Positions 1 to 9,337 are shown, counted from the stretch's first letter. The stretch is DNA of 20,732 nucleotides from Gemmatimonadaceae bacterium (GCA_040902005.1 JBBDYA010000086.1:1-20732), one strand, 5' to 3'. A program made the numbers and translations. Notes: generated by a model not told the origin, from the letters alone.

Positions 1-1064
1 CCCCCCCCCCCCCCCTGCTCGGCCGCGGACGACTCCACCGGGAGCTCCGGGGGCAACGCGTCGCCGGTCACCGGCTCCGCGAAGACCGCCTCCACCCGCT
101 CCGTCTCCGCCGCCTCTTCCTGCATGATTTCGTCATCACCATCCGCTCGGCTGGCCGTCGTCAGGGCAGTCCCCCCCCCGAAGGTGGGGGTGGCGGACTC
201 CCGGGCGGAGATCGCCGGCACGATCGCGCCGCCCGCCGCCTCGCTTTCCAGCAGCAGATCCGCGAGCGGGAGGGTTCGCGTCTCGCCGTCGGCGTTTCGC
301 AGCACCACGCGTTCGCGAAAGATGTCGTTGGCGACGACGCGCTCCTCTCCCGCCGCCGTGCGGACCATCTTGCCTTCCTTGGGAAAGCGGCGGCGCGCCT
401 GCACGTAGAACTCATGCTCGTAGCGCAGGGAGCACATGAGACGCCCGCAGGCACCGGAGATCTGCGTGGGGTTCAACGAAAGGCGCTGGTCCTTGGCCAC
501 GCCCAGACTGACCGGGCGAAGCTCGGGAAGCCACGCTGCCGAGCAGTACTGGCGTCCGCAGCGCCCCACGCCGTCCAGTCGCTTGGCCTCGTCGCGCACT
601 CCGATCTGCTTGAGCTCGATACGCGTCCGGAACGTGGCCGCCAGCTCGCGCACCAGCGTGCGGAAGTCCACGCGCTTTTCCGCGGTGAAGTAGAACGTGA
701 GCTTCTTGCGATCCCACTGCCATTCCGCGTCCGAGACCTTCATCACCAGCGCGTTCGCGCGCACCCGCTCCATCGCCTTGCGACGCGCGTCCTCGTCCTG
801 CGCGCGGAGTTCGTCGTGTCGCCGGACGTCGTCATCCGACGCGACGCGGCGCGCGCGGCGCTGCGGCGGCTGATCGCCGGTGCCGTGCGGCGTGCCCTTG
901 TTTCGTGTGCGCGCGAGGTCGCCCACGGTGTGCACCCGGCCGAGGTCCTCGCCGCGGTCCGCGTCGACGATCACCGGAGTGTGGATGGGCGGAACTTCGT
1001 CCTTCTCCCACAGAAAGAACTCGCGGCGGTTGCCCTTGAACGCGATTTCGATGATGGCTGTCAC
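1..1064 (-). CDS. ricT: PSP1-domain / RicT (YaaT) family Fe-S protein, 3'-truncated at the window edge
   Basis: Not in the ORF track because there is no stop in the window. Manual translation from GTG at 1064 gives VTAIIEIAFKGNRREFF...VIVDADRGEDLG...KLTFYFTAEKRVDFRTLVRELAATFRTRIELKQIGVRDEAKRLDGVGRCGRQYCS...AKDQRLSLNPTQISGACGRLMCSLRYE, the PSP1/YaaT signature. An acidic low-complexity tail runs into the terminal C15 run. Confidence 0.92.
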   Translation of the reverse strand, partial: MTAIIEIAFKGNRREFFLWEKDEVPPIHTPVIVDADRGEDLGRVHTVGDLARTRNKGTPHGTGDQPPQRRARRVASDDDVRRHDELRAQDEDARRKAMERVRANALVMKVSDAEWQWDRKKLTFYFTAEKRVDFRTLVRELAATFRTRIELKQIGVRDEAKRLDGVGRCGRQYCSAAWLPELRPVSLGVAKDQRLSLNPTQISGACGRLMCSLRYEHEFYVQARRRFPKEGKMVRTAAGEERVVANDIFRERVVLRNADGETRTLPLADLLLESEAAGGAIVPAISARESATPTFGGGTALTTASRADGDDEIMQEEAAETERVEAVFAEPVTGDALPPELPVESSAAEQGGGG

Positions 1065-1077
1065 AAGGGGCTGTCCG

Positions 1078-2043
1078 CTACTCCAGGAATTGCCCCATCC
1101 GCAGGTATTTCTCCCGGCGGCGCCGCACGAGCTTGTCCGGCTTCACGCGGCGCAGCTCGTCCACGTGGCGCAGCAGCACGTCGTGCACGTTGGACGCCAT
1201 CACGGCGTGGTCGGCGTGCGCGCCTCCCGGCGGTTCGGGAACGATCTCGTCGATGACCTTGAGCTCGAACAGGTCGGGGGCGGTGATGCGCAACGCGCCG
1301 GCGGCCTTCTCGCGCATCTCCGGACTCTTGCCATCCTTCCAGAGGATCGCCGCGCACCCCTCCACCGTGATCACGGAATAGATCGCGTTCTCGAGCATGA
1401 GCACGCGGTCAGCGACACCCAGGGCGAGCGCGCCGCCGGACCCGCCTTCGCCGATGATCGTCGCGATGATCGGCACCTCCAGGCGGGACATCTCGAACAG
1501 GTTCCGCGCGATGGCCTCCGACTGGCCCCGCTCCTCCGCGCCCAGGCCGGCCCATGCGCCCGGAGTATCGATCAGCGTGAGAACGGGCACATGGAACTTT
1601 TCGGCGAGCTTCATCAGACGCAACGCTTTCCGGTAGCCCTCCGGATGTGGCATGCCGAAGTTCCGCTTCAGGTTTTCCTTCGTGTCGCGTCCTCGCTGGT
1701 GGCCGATGACCATGACCGTCTCACCATCCAGACGCGCCCAGCCGCCGATGATGGCCGCGTCCTCCCGGTACAGCCGGTCGCCGTGCAGCTCGATGAAATC
1801 CGTGAAGACGGTCCTGAAGTAGTCGGCGGAGAACGGGCGCCGGTTGGAGCGGGCCACCTGGACGCGCTGCAACGGCGTGAGATTCCTGTAGATCTCCTCG
1901 CGCAGCACATTGAGCTTGCGCTCCAGCGGGGCGATTTCCTCCGCGACGTTCAGCTGGCGCTCGCCGGCGAGCTTTTTCAGCTCGTCGATCTGCCTCTCCA
2001 GCTCCACAATCGGTTTCTCGAACTCCAGGGTCACCGTCGCCAT
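1078..2043 (-). CDS. accA: Acetyl-CoA carboxylase carboxyltransferase subunit alpha
   Basis: MATVTLEFEKPI..., ELHGDR, NFGMPHPEGYRKALR, IDTPGA, AEERGQSEAIA, IIGEGGSGGALA motifs. The true start is the ATG at 2043; the ORF-track extension overlaps dnaE. The dnaE-accA adjacency is well known. Confidence 0.97.
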   Translation of the reverse strand: MATVTLEFEKPIVELERQIDELKKLAGERQLNVAEEIAPLERKLNVLREEIYRNLTPLQRVQVARSNRRPFSADYFRTVFTDFIELHGDRLYREDAAIIGGWARLDGETVMVIGHQRGRDTKENLKRNFGMPHPEGYRKALRLMKLAEKFHVPVLTLIDTPGAWAGLGAEERGQSEAIARNLFEMSRLEVPIIATIIGEGGSGGALALGVADRVLMLENAIYSVITVEGCAAILWKDGKSPEMREKAAGALRITAPDLFELKVIDEIVPEPPGGAHADHAVMASNVHDVLLRHVDELRRVKPDKLVRRRREKYLRMGQFLE

Positions 2044-2060
2044 ATGGTATGTTAGGCGCC

Positions 2061-5000
2061 TCAGCCCATCCGGACGAGATGCACCCGATCGGAACCGAGC
2101 AAAGCCCGTAGCTCCGTGAGGGCCGCGTGGGAGGCCGGAAGGCGCAGCGAGCGGGACTTGAGGCGCGTACCCCCATTTCCGTCCCTCCAGCGCACCTCCA
2201 GCGGGGGCGCCACCGTGCTCCCGTTCGAGTGGCTCTCGATCACGGCCCGGACGTCGGCCAGGACGTCGCGGTTCAGGTCCGCGCCGTCTCCCAGGGTGAT
2301 GGCCACGCCAATCTCCCCGGAGAATGCCATTTCGGCGAAGGGCGTCACCGACTCGATGATGAAGGTCGGCGAATCGGCGTCGCGGTCTCGCCGCGAGTAG
2401 CCGCCGGCCAGCAGCACGGGGATATCTGTCTTCACGCGATGCGAGATCGCGGCCCACTTCTCCGGGAAGATCAGCACTTCCGTGGATCCCGAGAAATCCT
2501 CCACCGTGAGGCGCGCGAATTCCGATCCGGATCGCTTGCTCACCTGGCGCTTGATGGCGGTGATCACGACGCCAAGCTTGATCGGATCGGGGGACCATGC
2601 GCCGAGTTGCGAAACGGTGTGCGACGCGAACAGTTCGCACTCGATCTGGTAGGGCTCCAGGGGGTGCCCCGAGATGTAGAAGCCGAGGATCTCCTTCTCC
2701 TTGGCCAGCCGATCGGACTCCGACCAGGGCGCCACATTGGGCAAGCGCAAGCGGTGGACACCCGGCTCCGCGTCACTCGTGCCGACGGCTTCGGGGGAAG
2801 GCGAGCCGAAGGCGTCCCCGAAGAGACTGGCCTGACCGGTCTCCTTTTCCTGCTGGCGCAGCGACGCCTCGCTGAGCGCCGTGTCGAGCGCCGCCCAGCT
2901 CTGCGCGCGCTCCGCGCCGAGGGAATCGAGCGCGCCCGAAGTGATGAGTGCCTCGAACACGCGCTTGTTGCAGAGGCGGAGATCCACGCGCTCGCACAGG
3001 TCGAAGAGATCGGTGAACGGGCGCTCCGTGCGGGCCGACAGGATCGAGTCGATCGCGGCGTGGCCCACGTTGCGGATCGCGCCGAGCCCGAAGCGCAATC
3101 GCCGGTCGCCGACGACCGTGAACTTGTAGCCGGATTCGTTGACGTCGGGCGCCAGGACGTCGAGCCGCAGCTCGCGGGCCTCGGCGATGTACTTGACGAC
3201 GTTGTCGGTGTCGCCGATGGAGGACGACAGCAGCGCCGCCATGAATTCCGGCGCGTAGTGCGCCTTGAGCCACGCGGTGTGATAGGAGATCACCGAGTAG
3301 GCGACCGAGTGGGACTTGTTGAAGCCGTACCGTCCGAACGTCGCGATCTGGCCTGCAAGCTCCTCGATGATACGCGGGGCGTAGCCGCGGGCCACCGATT
3401 TTGCGACGAACTTGCCCAGCTCTTCCTTGATGAGGTCCGCGTCCTTCTTGCCCACAGCCTTGCGCAGCACATCGGCTTCGGCGAGCGAGATGCCCGCGAG
3501 CTGCTGTGCGATGCGCATCACCTGCTCCTGATACGTGATGACGCCATACGTGGGCTTGAGGATGGCTTCCAGCTCGGGGAGGGGATAGGACACGGCCTCC
3601 TCGCCCTTCTTGCGTCGTTGATACACGCGATGCATGCCGGCGTCGAGCGGGCCGGGGCGCATGAGCGCGTTGGACGCCACGAGATCGTCGAACCGGTCGC
3701 AGCGCATGCCGCGCAGCATGTCCGTGGCCAGGGGAGACTCGAACTGGAATACGCCGACGGTGCGTCCCGCGCGCAGCATCCGGTAGACCTCGGGATCTTC
3801 CAGCGGCAGCGAGTCCAGGTTGATAGTCTCGCCGCGACGCTCCGCGATCATCACCAGCGCGTCGTGGATGACCGTGAGCGTAGTGAGTCCGAGAAAATCC
3901 ATCTTCAGCATGCCGGCTTTTTCCAGGCCGTTCATGTCGTACTGGCTCACGACGACCTGCTCGTCGTCCCGATCCGCCCCGGACCCCTTCGACGACTGGG
4001 TGCAGACCGGGACGTATTCCGAGACAGGCCCCGGCGCGATGACCACGCCCGCGGCATGCACGCCGGTATGGCGGCTCAGTCCCTCGAGCGCCATCGCGTA
4101 GTCCAGCAGCTGGGTGTACCGCTCGTCGTCCTTGTAGAGCTTTTTGACCTCGGGAATCTGGGTGAGCGCTTCCCGCACGGTCAGCGAATAGTTCGGCTGG
4201 TTGGGGATGAGCTTCGCGAGGGCGTCGGTTTCCGCCGGGGTGAACCCCAGCACCCGTCCCACGTCCTTGACCGCGGCGCGCGACTTCAGCGTGCCGAAGG
4301 TCACGATCTGGCACACCGAATCGCGGCCGTATTTCTCGCGGACGTACTCGATGACCTCGCCGCGGCGCTCGAAGCAGAAATCCACGTCCACGTCCGGCAT
4401 GGACACGCGCTCGGGATTCAGGAACCGCTCGAAGAGCAGGTCGAAGGCGAGCGGATCGACGTTGGTGATCCGAAGCGCGTAGGCCGCCAGCGAGCCGGCG
4501 GCGGAGCCGCGTCCCGGGCCCACCGGAATGCCGCGCTCGCGCGCCGCGCGGATGAAGTCGAAGACGATGAGGAAGTAGCCGGCATACCCCGTCGTCGTGA
4601 TGACGGAGAGCTCGTAGTCCAGGCGCTCCCGGACCGGGTCGGGGAGGGGATCGCCATAGCGTTCCTTCGCGCCCGCCGTGGCGAGTGTCGTCAGCAGCTC
4701 GTTCTCACTGGAGACGTTCGCCGGGAGCGGAAAGGAGGGCAGGTGGTACGTTTTCTCGAACGAGACGGACACCTGGTCGGCGATCCGGAGGGTGTTCTCC
4801 AGCACGTCGGGGCGTCCCGCGAACGACTCGGCGATCTCGGCGGCGGACTTGAAGTACAGACCGTTGTCGTACCGCATGCGATCGCGGTCGCTGCGATCCT
4901 TGCCCAGCCCGATGCAGAGCAGCACATCGTGCGCGTCGTGGTCCGACTTGTTCAGGAAATGCGCGTCGTTGGTCGCGACCACGGGCAGGGAGAGACTCTC

Positions 5001-5582
5001 CGCGAGCTTGAAGACGCGCTCGTTCAGCTGTGCCTGGCCGTTCGAGGCATGCGCCTGCACCTCGAGGTAGTAGCGATCCCTGAAGACATCGGCGTACCAC
5101 GCGGCCACCGCGGACGCGCCGGCGACGTCGTCCGCAAGCAGGTGGGTCGCGATCTCGCCCGCCATGCAGGCCGACGAGACGATGATACCTTCGTTATACC
5201 GCTCGAGCAGCTCGCGGTCCACGCGCGGCCTGGAATAAAAGCCCTCGGTGAACGCCAACGACGATAGCTTGATGAGGTTCCTGTACCCCACCGCGTCGCG
5301 CGCGAGCAGCACCAGATGGTAGTAGGGCCTGGCGCCGGTGGCGCTTCGTCCACGCTGGCGCCGGTCGCCCGGTGCCACGTAGGCTTCCATCCCGATGATG
5401 GGCTTGAGCTTCGCCTTCTGTGCCTTTTCCTGAAAGTCCCAGGCGGCGTGCAGATTGCCGTGGTCCGTGATGGCGAGCGCCGGCTGCTCGAGTTCCTGCG
5501 CGCGGCGAATCAGGTCGTCGACCCGGTTGGCTCCGTCCAGCAGGGAGTATTCCGAGTGACAGTGGAGATGAACGAAGGACAT
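2061..5582 (-). CDS. dnaE: DNA polymerase III alpha subunit (DnaE1 type)
   Basis: PHP motif HLHCHSEYSLLDG, GRGSAAGS, FERFLNPERVSMPDVDVDF, KMDFLGL, YGFNKSHS, clamp-binding QASLF, C-terminal OB fold. Start ATG at 5582 (MSFVHLH). Confidence 0.98.
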   Translation of the reverse strand: MSFVHLHCHSEYSLLDGANRVDDLIRRAQELEQPALAITDHGNLHAAWDFQEKAQKAKLKPIIGMEAYVAPGDRRQRGRSATGARPYYHLVLLARDAVGYRNLIKLSSLAFTEGFYSRPRVDRELLERYNEGIIVSSACMAGEIATHLLADDVAGASAVAAWYADVFRDRYYLEVQAHASNGQAQLNERVFKLAESLSLPVVATNDAHFLNKSDHDAHDVLLCIGLGKDRSDRDRMRYDNGLYFKSAAEIAESFAGRPDVLENTLRIADQVSVSFEKTYHLPSFPLPANVSSENELLTTLATAGAKERYGDPLPDPVRERLDYELSVITTTGYAGYFLIVFDFIRAARERGIPVGPGRGSAAGSLAAYALRITNVDPLAFDLLFERFLNPERVSMPDVDVDFCFERRGEVIEYVREKYGRDSVCQIVTFGTLKSRAAVKDVGRVLGFTPAETDALAKLIPNQPNYSLTVREALTQIPEVKKLYKDDERYTQLLDYAMALEGLSRHTGVHAAGVVIAPGPVSEYVPVCTQSSKGSGADRDDEQVVVSQYDMNGLEKAGMLKMDFLGLTTLTVIHDALVMIAERRGETINLDSLPLEDPEVYRMLRAGRTVGVFQFESPLATDMLRGMRCDRFDDLVASNALMRPGPLDAGMHRVYQRRKKGEEAVSYPLPELEAILKPTYGVITYQEQVMRIAQQLAGISLAEADVLRKAVGKKDADLIKEELGKFVAKSVARGYAPRIIEELAGQIATFGRYGFNKSHSVAYSVISYHTAWLKAHYAPEFMAALLSSSIGDTDNVVKYIAEARELRLDVLAPDVNESGYKFTVVGDRRLRFGLGAIRNVGHAAIDSILSARTERPFTDLFDLCERVDLRLCNKRVFEALITSGALDSLGAERAQSWAALDTALSEASLRQQEKETGQASLFGDAFGSPSPEAVGTSDAEPGVHRLRLPNVAPWSESDRLAKEKEILGFYISGHPLEPYQIECELFASHTVSQLGAWSPDPIKLGVVITAIKRQVSKRSGSEFARLTVEDFSGSTEVLIFPEKWAAISHRVKTDIPVLLAGGYSRRDRDADSPTFIIESVTPFAEMAFSGEIGVAITLGDGADLNRDVLADVRAVIESHSNGSTVAPPLEVRWRDGNGGTRLKSRSLRLPASHAALTELRALLGSDRVHLVRMG

Positions 5583-6761
5583 CCCAGTCAAGATACCAGC
5601 GGGACGCCTCCCCGGGGAGCTAAAGCCCGGAGGGGAGGGCGGCTCGCCGCGATCCGGCGCTGGACGCTGCGCGCGCTCCTTGGCGTGACGGTGGCGCTGG
5701 CGCTTTTCCTGGCACTCACGGAGATGGGCCGGTACCTCGCGCGCGCGGGCTGGGAGGAAGCGAGGATCCTGTGGGGACGGCGCCCCATCGCGGACCTCGT
5801 CGCGGACAGCAGCGTGTCACCGCTCACGCGACAGAAACTCGCCCTCGTGCTGGACGCGCGGGCATTCGCGCGGGACTCGCTCGGCCTCGACGTGGGGCAG
5901 AGCTTCACGACGTTCTCGGCGCTGCGGCGCGACACGCTGGTGCTCGTGCTGTCCGCGGCATACCGGGACCAGCTGCGCTACCACCGCTGGTGGTTCCCGA
6001 TCGTCGGATGGGTGCCCTACAAGGGGTATTTCGACTTCGACAGGGCGCTGGCCGCGGAACGCGACTTCCGCGACCGTGGATTCGACAGCTATCTGCGCCC
6101 TGCGTCCGCGTTCAGCACCCTTGGCTTCTTCAACGACCCGCTGCTGTCCACCACGCTGCGAGCGGACACGCTGGCACTGGCCAACACGGTCATCCACGAG
6201 CTGGTGCACAACACGTTCTACGCGCGTGGGCAGGCGGAGTTCAACGAGAGTTTCGCGAATTTCGTGGGCGCGCGGGGCTCCGCGGAGTTCTATCGGTCGC
6301 GGGGCGCGCCGCTCGCCGCGGCGCAGGCCGACGCGCGCTGGGGTGACGAGCAGGTACTGGCGCGCTTCTGGAAGGGGCTGCACGCGGACATGGACTCCGT
6401 GTTCCGGGCGCACCCGGGGGGGGGCGACAGCGCGAGGGCCGTGCGGCTTGTGCTGCGCGACAGCGTCTACGCGGCGGCACGGGCGGACCTGATCGCCCGA
6501 ATCGCCCCCCAGTTGCGAACGGTGGGTCCGCAGTATGCCGAACGAGTCCGCCTGGACAACGCCGCACTCCTGGCGCGGCGGATCTATCTCACTGACGTGG
6601 AGCTGTTCGATTCGGTGTACGTGCGCGAGAACCGCAACCTGAAGCGGGCGATTGAGCGGATCATCGACATCGCCAAATCCGATGAGGATAAACCATACGA
6701 CGCGCTACGAGCCTGGGTGCTGCAACTCAGTCGGGTGACTTCCGAACTTCCCGCGCAGTAG
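5568..6761 (+). CDS. Putative membrane-anchored Zn-dependent aminopeptidase (DUF2265/Aminopep-like, gluzincin); start uncertain (ATG 5568, GTG 5685 or ATG 5724)
   Basis: N-terminal hydrophobic helix, WWFPIVGWVPYKGYFD, AFSTLGFFNDPLL, HEXXH (VIHELVH) followed by FNESFANFVG, which supplies the third ligand Glu. Confidence 0.85.
   Translation: MNEGHPSQDTSGTPPRGAKARRGGRLAAIRRWTLRALLGVTVALALFLALTEMGRYLARAGWEEARILWGRRPIADLVADSSVSPLTRQKLALVLDARAFARDSLGLDVGQSFTTFSALRRDTLVLVLSAAYRDQLRYHRWWFPIVGWVPYKGYFDFDRALAAERDFRDRGFDSYLRPASAFSTLGFFNDPLLSTTLRADTLALANTVIHELVHNTFYARGQAEFNESFANFVGARGSAEFYRSRGAPLAAAQADARWGDEQVLARFWKGLHADMDSVFRAHPGGGDSARAVRLVLRDSVYAAARADLIARIAPQLRTVGPQYAERVRLDNAALLARRIYLTDVELFDSVYVRENRNLKRAIERIIDIAKSDEDKPYDALRAWVLQLSRVTSELPAQ
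5590..5598 (-). promoter_or_regulatory. Putative extended -10 element (TGgTATCTT) 7 nt upstream of the dnaE ATG
   Basis: Minus strand reads TG-G-TATCTT-GACTGGG-ATG with no Shine-Dalgarno, a geometry typical of leaderless transcripts. Confidence 0.5.
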
Positions 6762-8831
6762 CGCGAGCAGGTCCACCTTGTCCGGATTGCCCACCGGCGC
6801 CGGTCCCGGAGTCACGGCTTCGCCCGGCGCGCTGAGCACCACGCGCTGCATCTTCTCGCGGACGCCGCGGTCGATGAACCGGGAGAGCTGATCCATGGAG
6901 TAGTCCGCGCCGCGCCGCGTGTTGTACACGTTCATCGGGTACGCCACGGACAGGATGTTGCGGGCCCGGGTCATCGCCACGTACATGAGCCGGCGCTCCT
7001 CCTCCAGCTCGTCTTCGCGCTCCGTGGCGCGCGCCATCGGGAACCAGCCGTCCACGGCCCAGATGAGGAAGACGGCGTCCCATTCCTTTCCCTTGGCGCT
7101 GTGCGCGGTGCTGAGGACGAGGGCGTCGTCTTCCTCCTCACCGGTGCCTTCGGCCAGGTCCTGCGTGCTCTGGGGCGGCTCCAGGGCGATGGTGGACAGG
7201 AAACTGGCGCGACCGGGAAATCCGCTCGCGATTGCGCGCAACTGGTCCAGGTCGGCGAGCCGAGGCTCGGGGCGATCGTACTTGTCGCGCAGCAGGTCGT
7301 CGTACATCTGCCGGATGAGATCGATCTCCGCGCCGACGTTGTGCTCGGGCGCCGGCGCATCGGCTCTCGCCTGCCCGCGGAGACGGCGCAGGAGCTGAGA
7401 GAGGGCGCGATGGGCGTCGCGGGCGCGCGGGGGCGGCGTCCAGTGGGTGAGCGCGTCGGCGTCCCAGGCGCGCTCCGCCATTGCAGTCATCACGCCGCGC
7501 GCGGACGTGTCGCCGATGCCGGGCATGAGCATCAGGATGCGGTACCAGCTCACTTCGTCGCGCGGGTTGTCGATGACCCGCAGAAACGCGACGACGTCCT
7601 TCACGTGCGCCGCCTCGAGGAACTTGAGCCCGCCCCACTTCTCGAAGGGGATGTTCCGGTTCGTCAGCTCGATCTCGAGGTCCGCGGACATGTAGCCGGC
7701 GCGGAACAGCACGACTATCTCGCGCAGCGGCATGCCTTCCTCGTGCAGCTCGAGTACGCGGTCCACCACGAAGCGCGTCTGCTCCTGCTCGTCGCGCACG
7801 GTCACCAGCCAGGGTTGCTCGCCACCCGCGCGCCGAGTCCACAGGTCCTTGGAGAACCGTTCGAGTGCGCGCGAAATCACGGTATTGGTCACGTCGAGTA
7901 TCGGCTGGGTGGACCGGTAGTTCTGCTCCAGCGTGACCAGCGTGACACCGGGAAAGTGCTTCGGAAAGTCGAGAATGTTGCGCTGCGTGGACCCGCGGAA
8001 CGAATAGATGCTCTGCGCGTCGTCACCCACCACGGTGATGTTCCGGTGGGCGCCGCACATCCCGCGCAGGACGCGCGACTGGAGGTGATTCGTGTCCTGG
8101 TACTCGTCCACGAGCACGTGGTCGTACATGCCGCCGATGCGCGCGGCGAGATCGGGGGCGTGCTCGATCATGAGCGCCCAACCGAGCAACAAGTCGTCGT
8201 AGTCCAGCAGTCCGCGTTCCTGCTTGCGGCTGATGTACTCGGCGAACACGCGGTTGAGCGCCTCCAGGTGGTCCAGGAGCTGCGGAGCCCCCTCGTGCGC
8301 GATCTCGTCGATGGGCACCCCGGTGTTGACGTGCCGCGAGTAGACCCAGTGGAGTGTCTCCTTCTTCGGAAAGCGCTTCTCCTTCCTGCCGACGCCGAGT
8401 GACGCGCGCGCGATCCCCATGAGGTCCACCGCGTCCCCCTGGTCCATGATGGAGAACTCGGACGGGAGCCCCGCGTTCTTTCCGAACTGCCGGAGCAACC
8501 GGTGGCCCGTGGCGTGGAAGGTTCCGCCGTGCACGCGGCTGCTGGCGGAGCCCACCAACCGCTCGGCGCGGCTGAGCATCTCGTGCGCGGCACGCCGCGT
8601 GAACGTGAGCAGCAGGATGCGCTCCGGCTTCACCCCACGGTCGATGAGGTGCGCGACGCGGTACACCAGCGTGCGTGTCTTGCCGGTGCCCGCGCCCGCG
8701 ATGATCAGCAGGGGGCCGTCGCCGTGGGTGGCGGCGGCGAGCTGCTCGGCATTGAGCTCCGCGCTGAAGTCGCGCACGGACGCGGCAATCTCACGTTCGC
8801 GGCGGGGGTAGATCCGGAGCTCGTCAGTCAC
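6705..8831 (-). CDS. ATP-dependent SF1 DNA helicase, UvrD/Rep/PcrA family
   Basis: Q motif LNAEQ, Walker A AGAGTGKT, LLTFTRRAA, VDEYQD, VGDDAQSIYSFRG, LEQNYRS, STAHSAKGKEW, EEERRLMYVAMTRA. GTG start at 8831. Confidence 0.95.
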   Translation of the reverse strand: MTDELRIYPRREREIAASVRDFSAELNAEQLAAATHGDGPLLIIAGAGTGKTRTLVYRVAHLIDRGVKPERILLLTFTRRAAHEMLSRAERLVGSASSRVHGGTFHATGHRLLRQFGKNAGLPSEFSIMDQGDAVDLMGIARASLGVGRKEKRFPKKETLHWVYSRHVNTGVPIDEIAHEGAPQLLDHLEALNRVFAEYISRKQERGLLDYDDLLLGWALMIEHAPDLAARIGGMYDHVLVDEYQDTNHLQSRVLRGMCGAHRNITVVGDDAQSIYSFRGSTQRNILDFPKHFPGVTLVTLEQNYRSTQPILDVTNTVISRALERFSKDLWTRRAGGEQPWLVTVRDEQEQTRFVVDRVLELHEEGMPLREIVVLFRAGYMSADLEIELTNRNIPFEKWGGLKFLEAAHVKDVVAFLRVIDNPRDEVSWYRILMLMPGIGDTSARGVMTAMAERAWDADALTHWTPPPRARDAHRALSQLLRRLRGQARADAPAPEHNVGAEIDLIRQMYDDLLRDKYDRPEPRLADLDQLRAIASGFPGRASFLSTIALEPPQSTQDLAEGTGEEEDDALVLSTAHSAKGKEWDAVFLIWAVDGWFPMARATEREDELEEERRLMYVAMTRARNILSVAYPMNVYNTRRGADYSMDQLSRFIDRGVREKMQRVVLSAPGEAVTPGPAPVGNPDKVDLLALLRGKFGSHPTELQHPGS

Positions 8832-8836
8832 GACTC

Positions 8837-8845
8837 ATATTAGCA
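8837..8845 (-). promoter_or_regulatory. Putative extended -10 element (TGcTAATAT) 5 nt upstream of the helicase GTG
   Basis: Minus strand reads TG-C-TAATAT-GAGTC-GTG, an AT-rich hexamer in a very GC-rich context. Confidence 0.45.
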
Positions 8846-8896
8846 CTCGACGCATGCCAGGGGGGCGTCCATCTGCGTGGTTTTGCGCCGACAAGA

Positions 8897-9337
8897 TCAG
8901 GACGATCGAGTTGGAAGCGGATGGCGCCACTTCAATCCAGGGAACCGCGCAAAATCACGGTCCGTCGTAATGAGCGTGCAGCCATGCTCGATGGCGAGGG
9001 CGGCAAGCCACGCGTCCATCACGAGGTTGCCGCGTGCGCCAGCACCGTGGCAGAGCGAGGAGAAAATCTCCCAGTGGCCATCTCCAGGCTCGAGAGGGAT
9101 CGCCGTTGGCGCCGATCGAACCGCCGACGTAAATGAAAGCGCCTGATCCACGGAGAGTGGAGCAGGCCAGATGCGCCGATGCGTGACGATTCGAATGGCT
9201 GAAGCAAGGGACTGCGGTGAGTATGCCGTGCCGACACTGCCACCAAGAGCGTTCGACAACCACGACCGATACTCCTCGTGCCGCTCGGCGTCCCGAAGGC
9301 AGGCGTAGACCAGGACATTGACGTCCAGAAGCTTCAA
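8897..9337 (-). CDS. vapC: VapC PIN-domain ribonuclease toxin (type II TA)
   Basis: LLDVNVLVYA, GNLVMDAWLAALAIEHG and LITTDRDFARFPGLKWRHPL PIN motifs. The TTG start overlaps the antitoxin TGA (TTGA). Confidence 0.93.
   Translation of the reverse strand: MKLLDVNVLVYACLRDAERHEEYRSWLSNALGGSVGTAYSPQSLASAIRIVTHRRIWPAPLSVDQALSFTSAVRSAPTAIPLEPGDGHWEIFSSLCHGAGARGNLVMDAWLAALAIEHGCTLITTDRDFARFPGLKWRHPLPTRSS

Noticed and set aside
124..1256. Several short ORFs on both strands at the left end
   Set aside because: All overlap the ricT/PSP1 frame (or the accA end), which has clear family motifs.
2044..2640. N-terminal 199-aa extension of accA in the ORF track
   Set aside because: It overlaps the dnaE 3' end in another frame and is Arg/Gly/Pro-rich noise. 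AccA homology begins at ATG 2043.
2127..5267. 1046-aa ORF on the + strand
   Set aside because: Antisense shadow of dnaE. High-GC codon bias removes stops on the opposite strand, and there are no recognisable motifs.
2061..5582. Intein or split in dnaE
   Set aside because: The length (1173 aa) and continuous motif order are normal, with no intein splice motifs or insertion.
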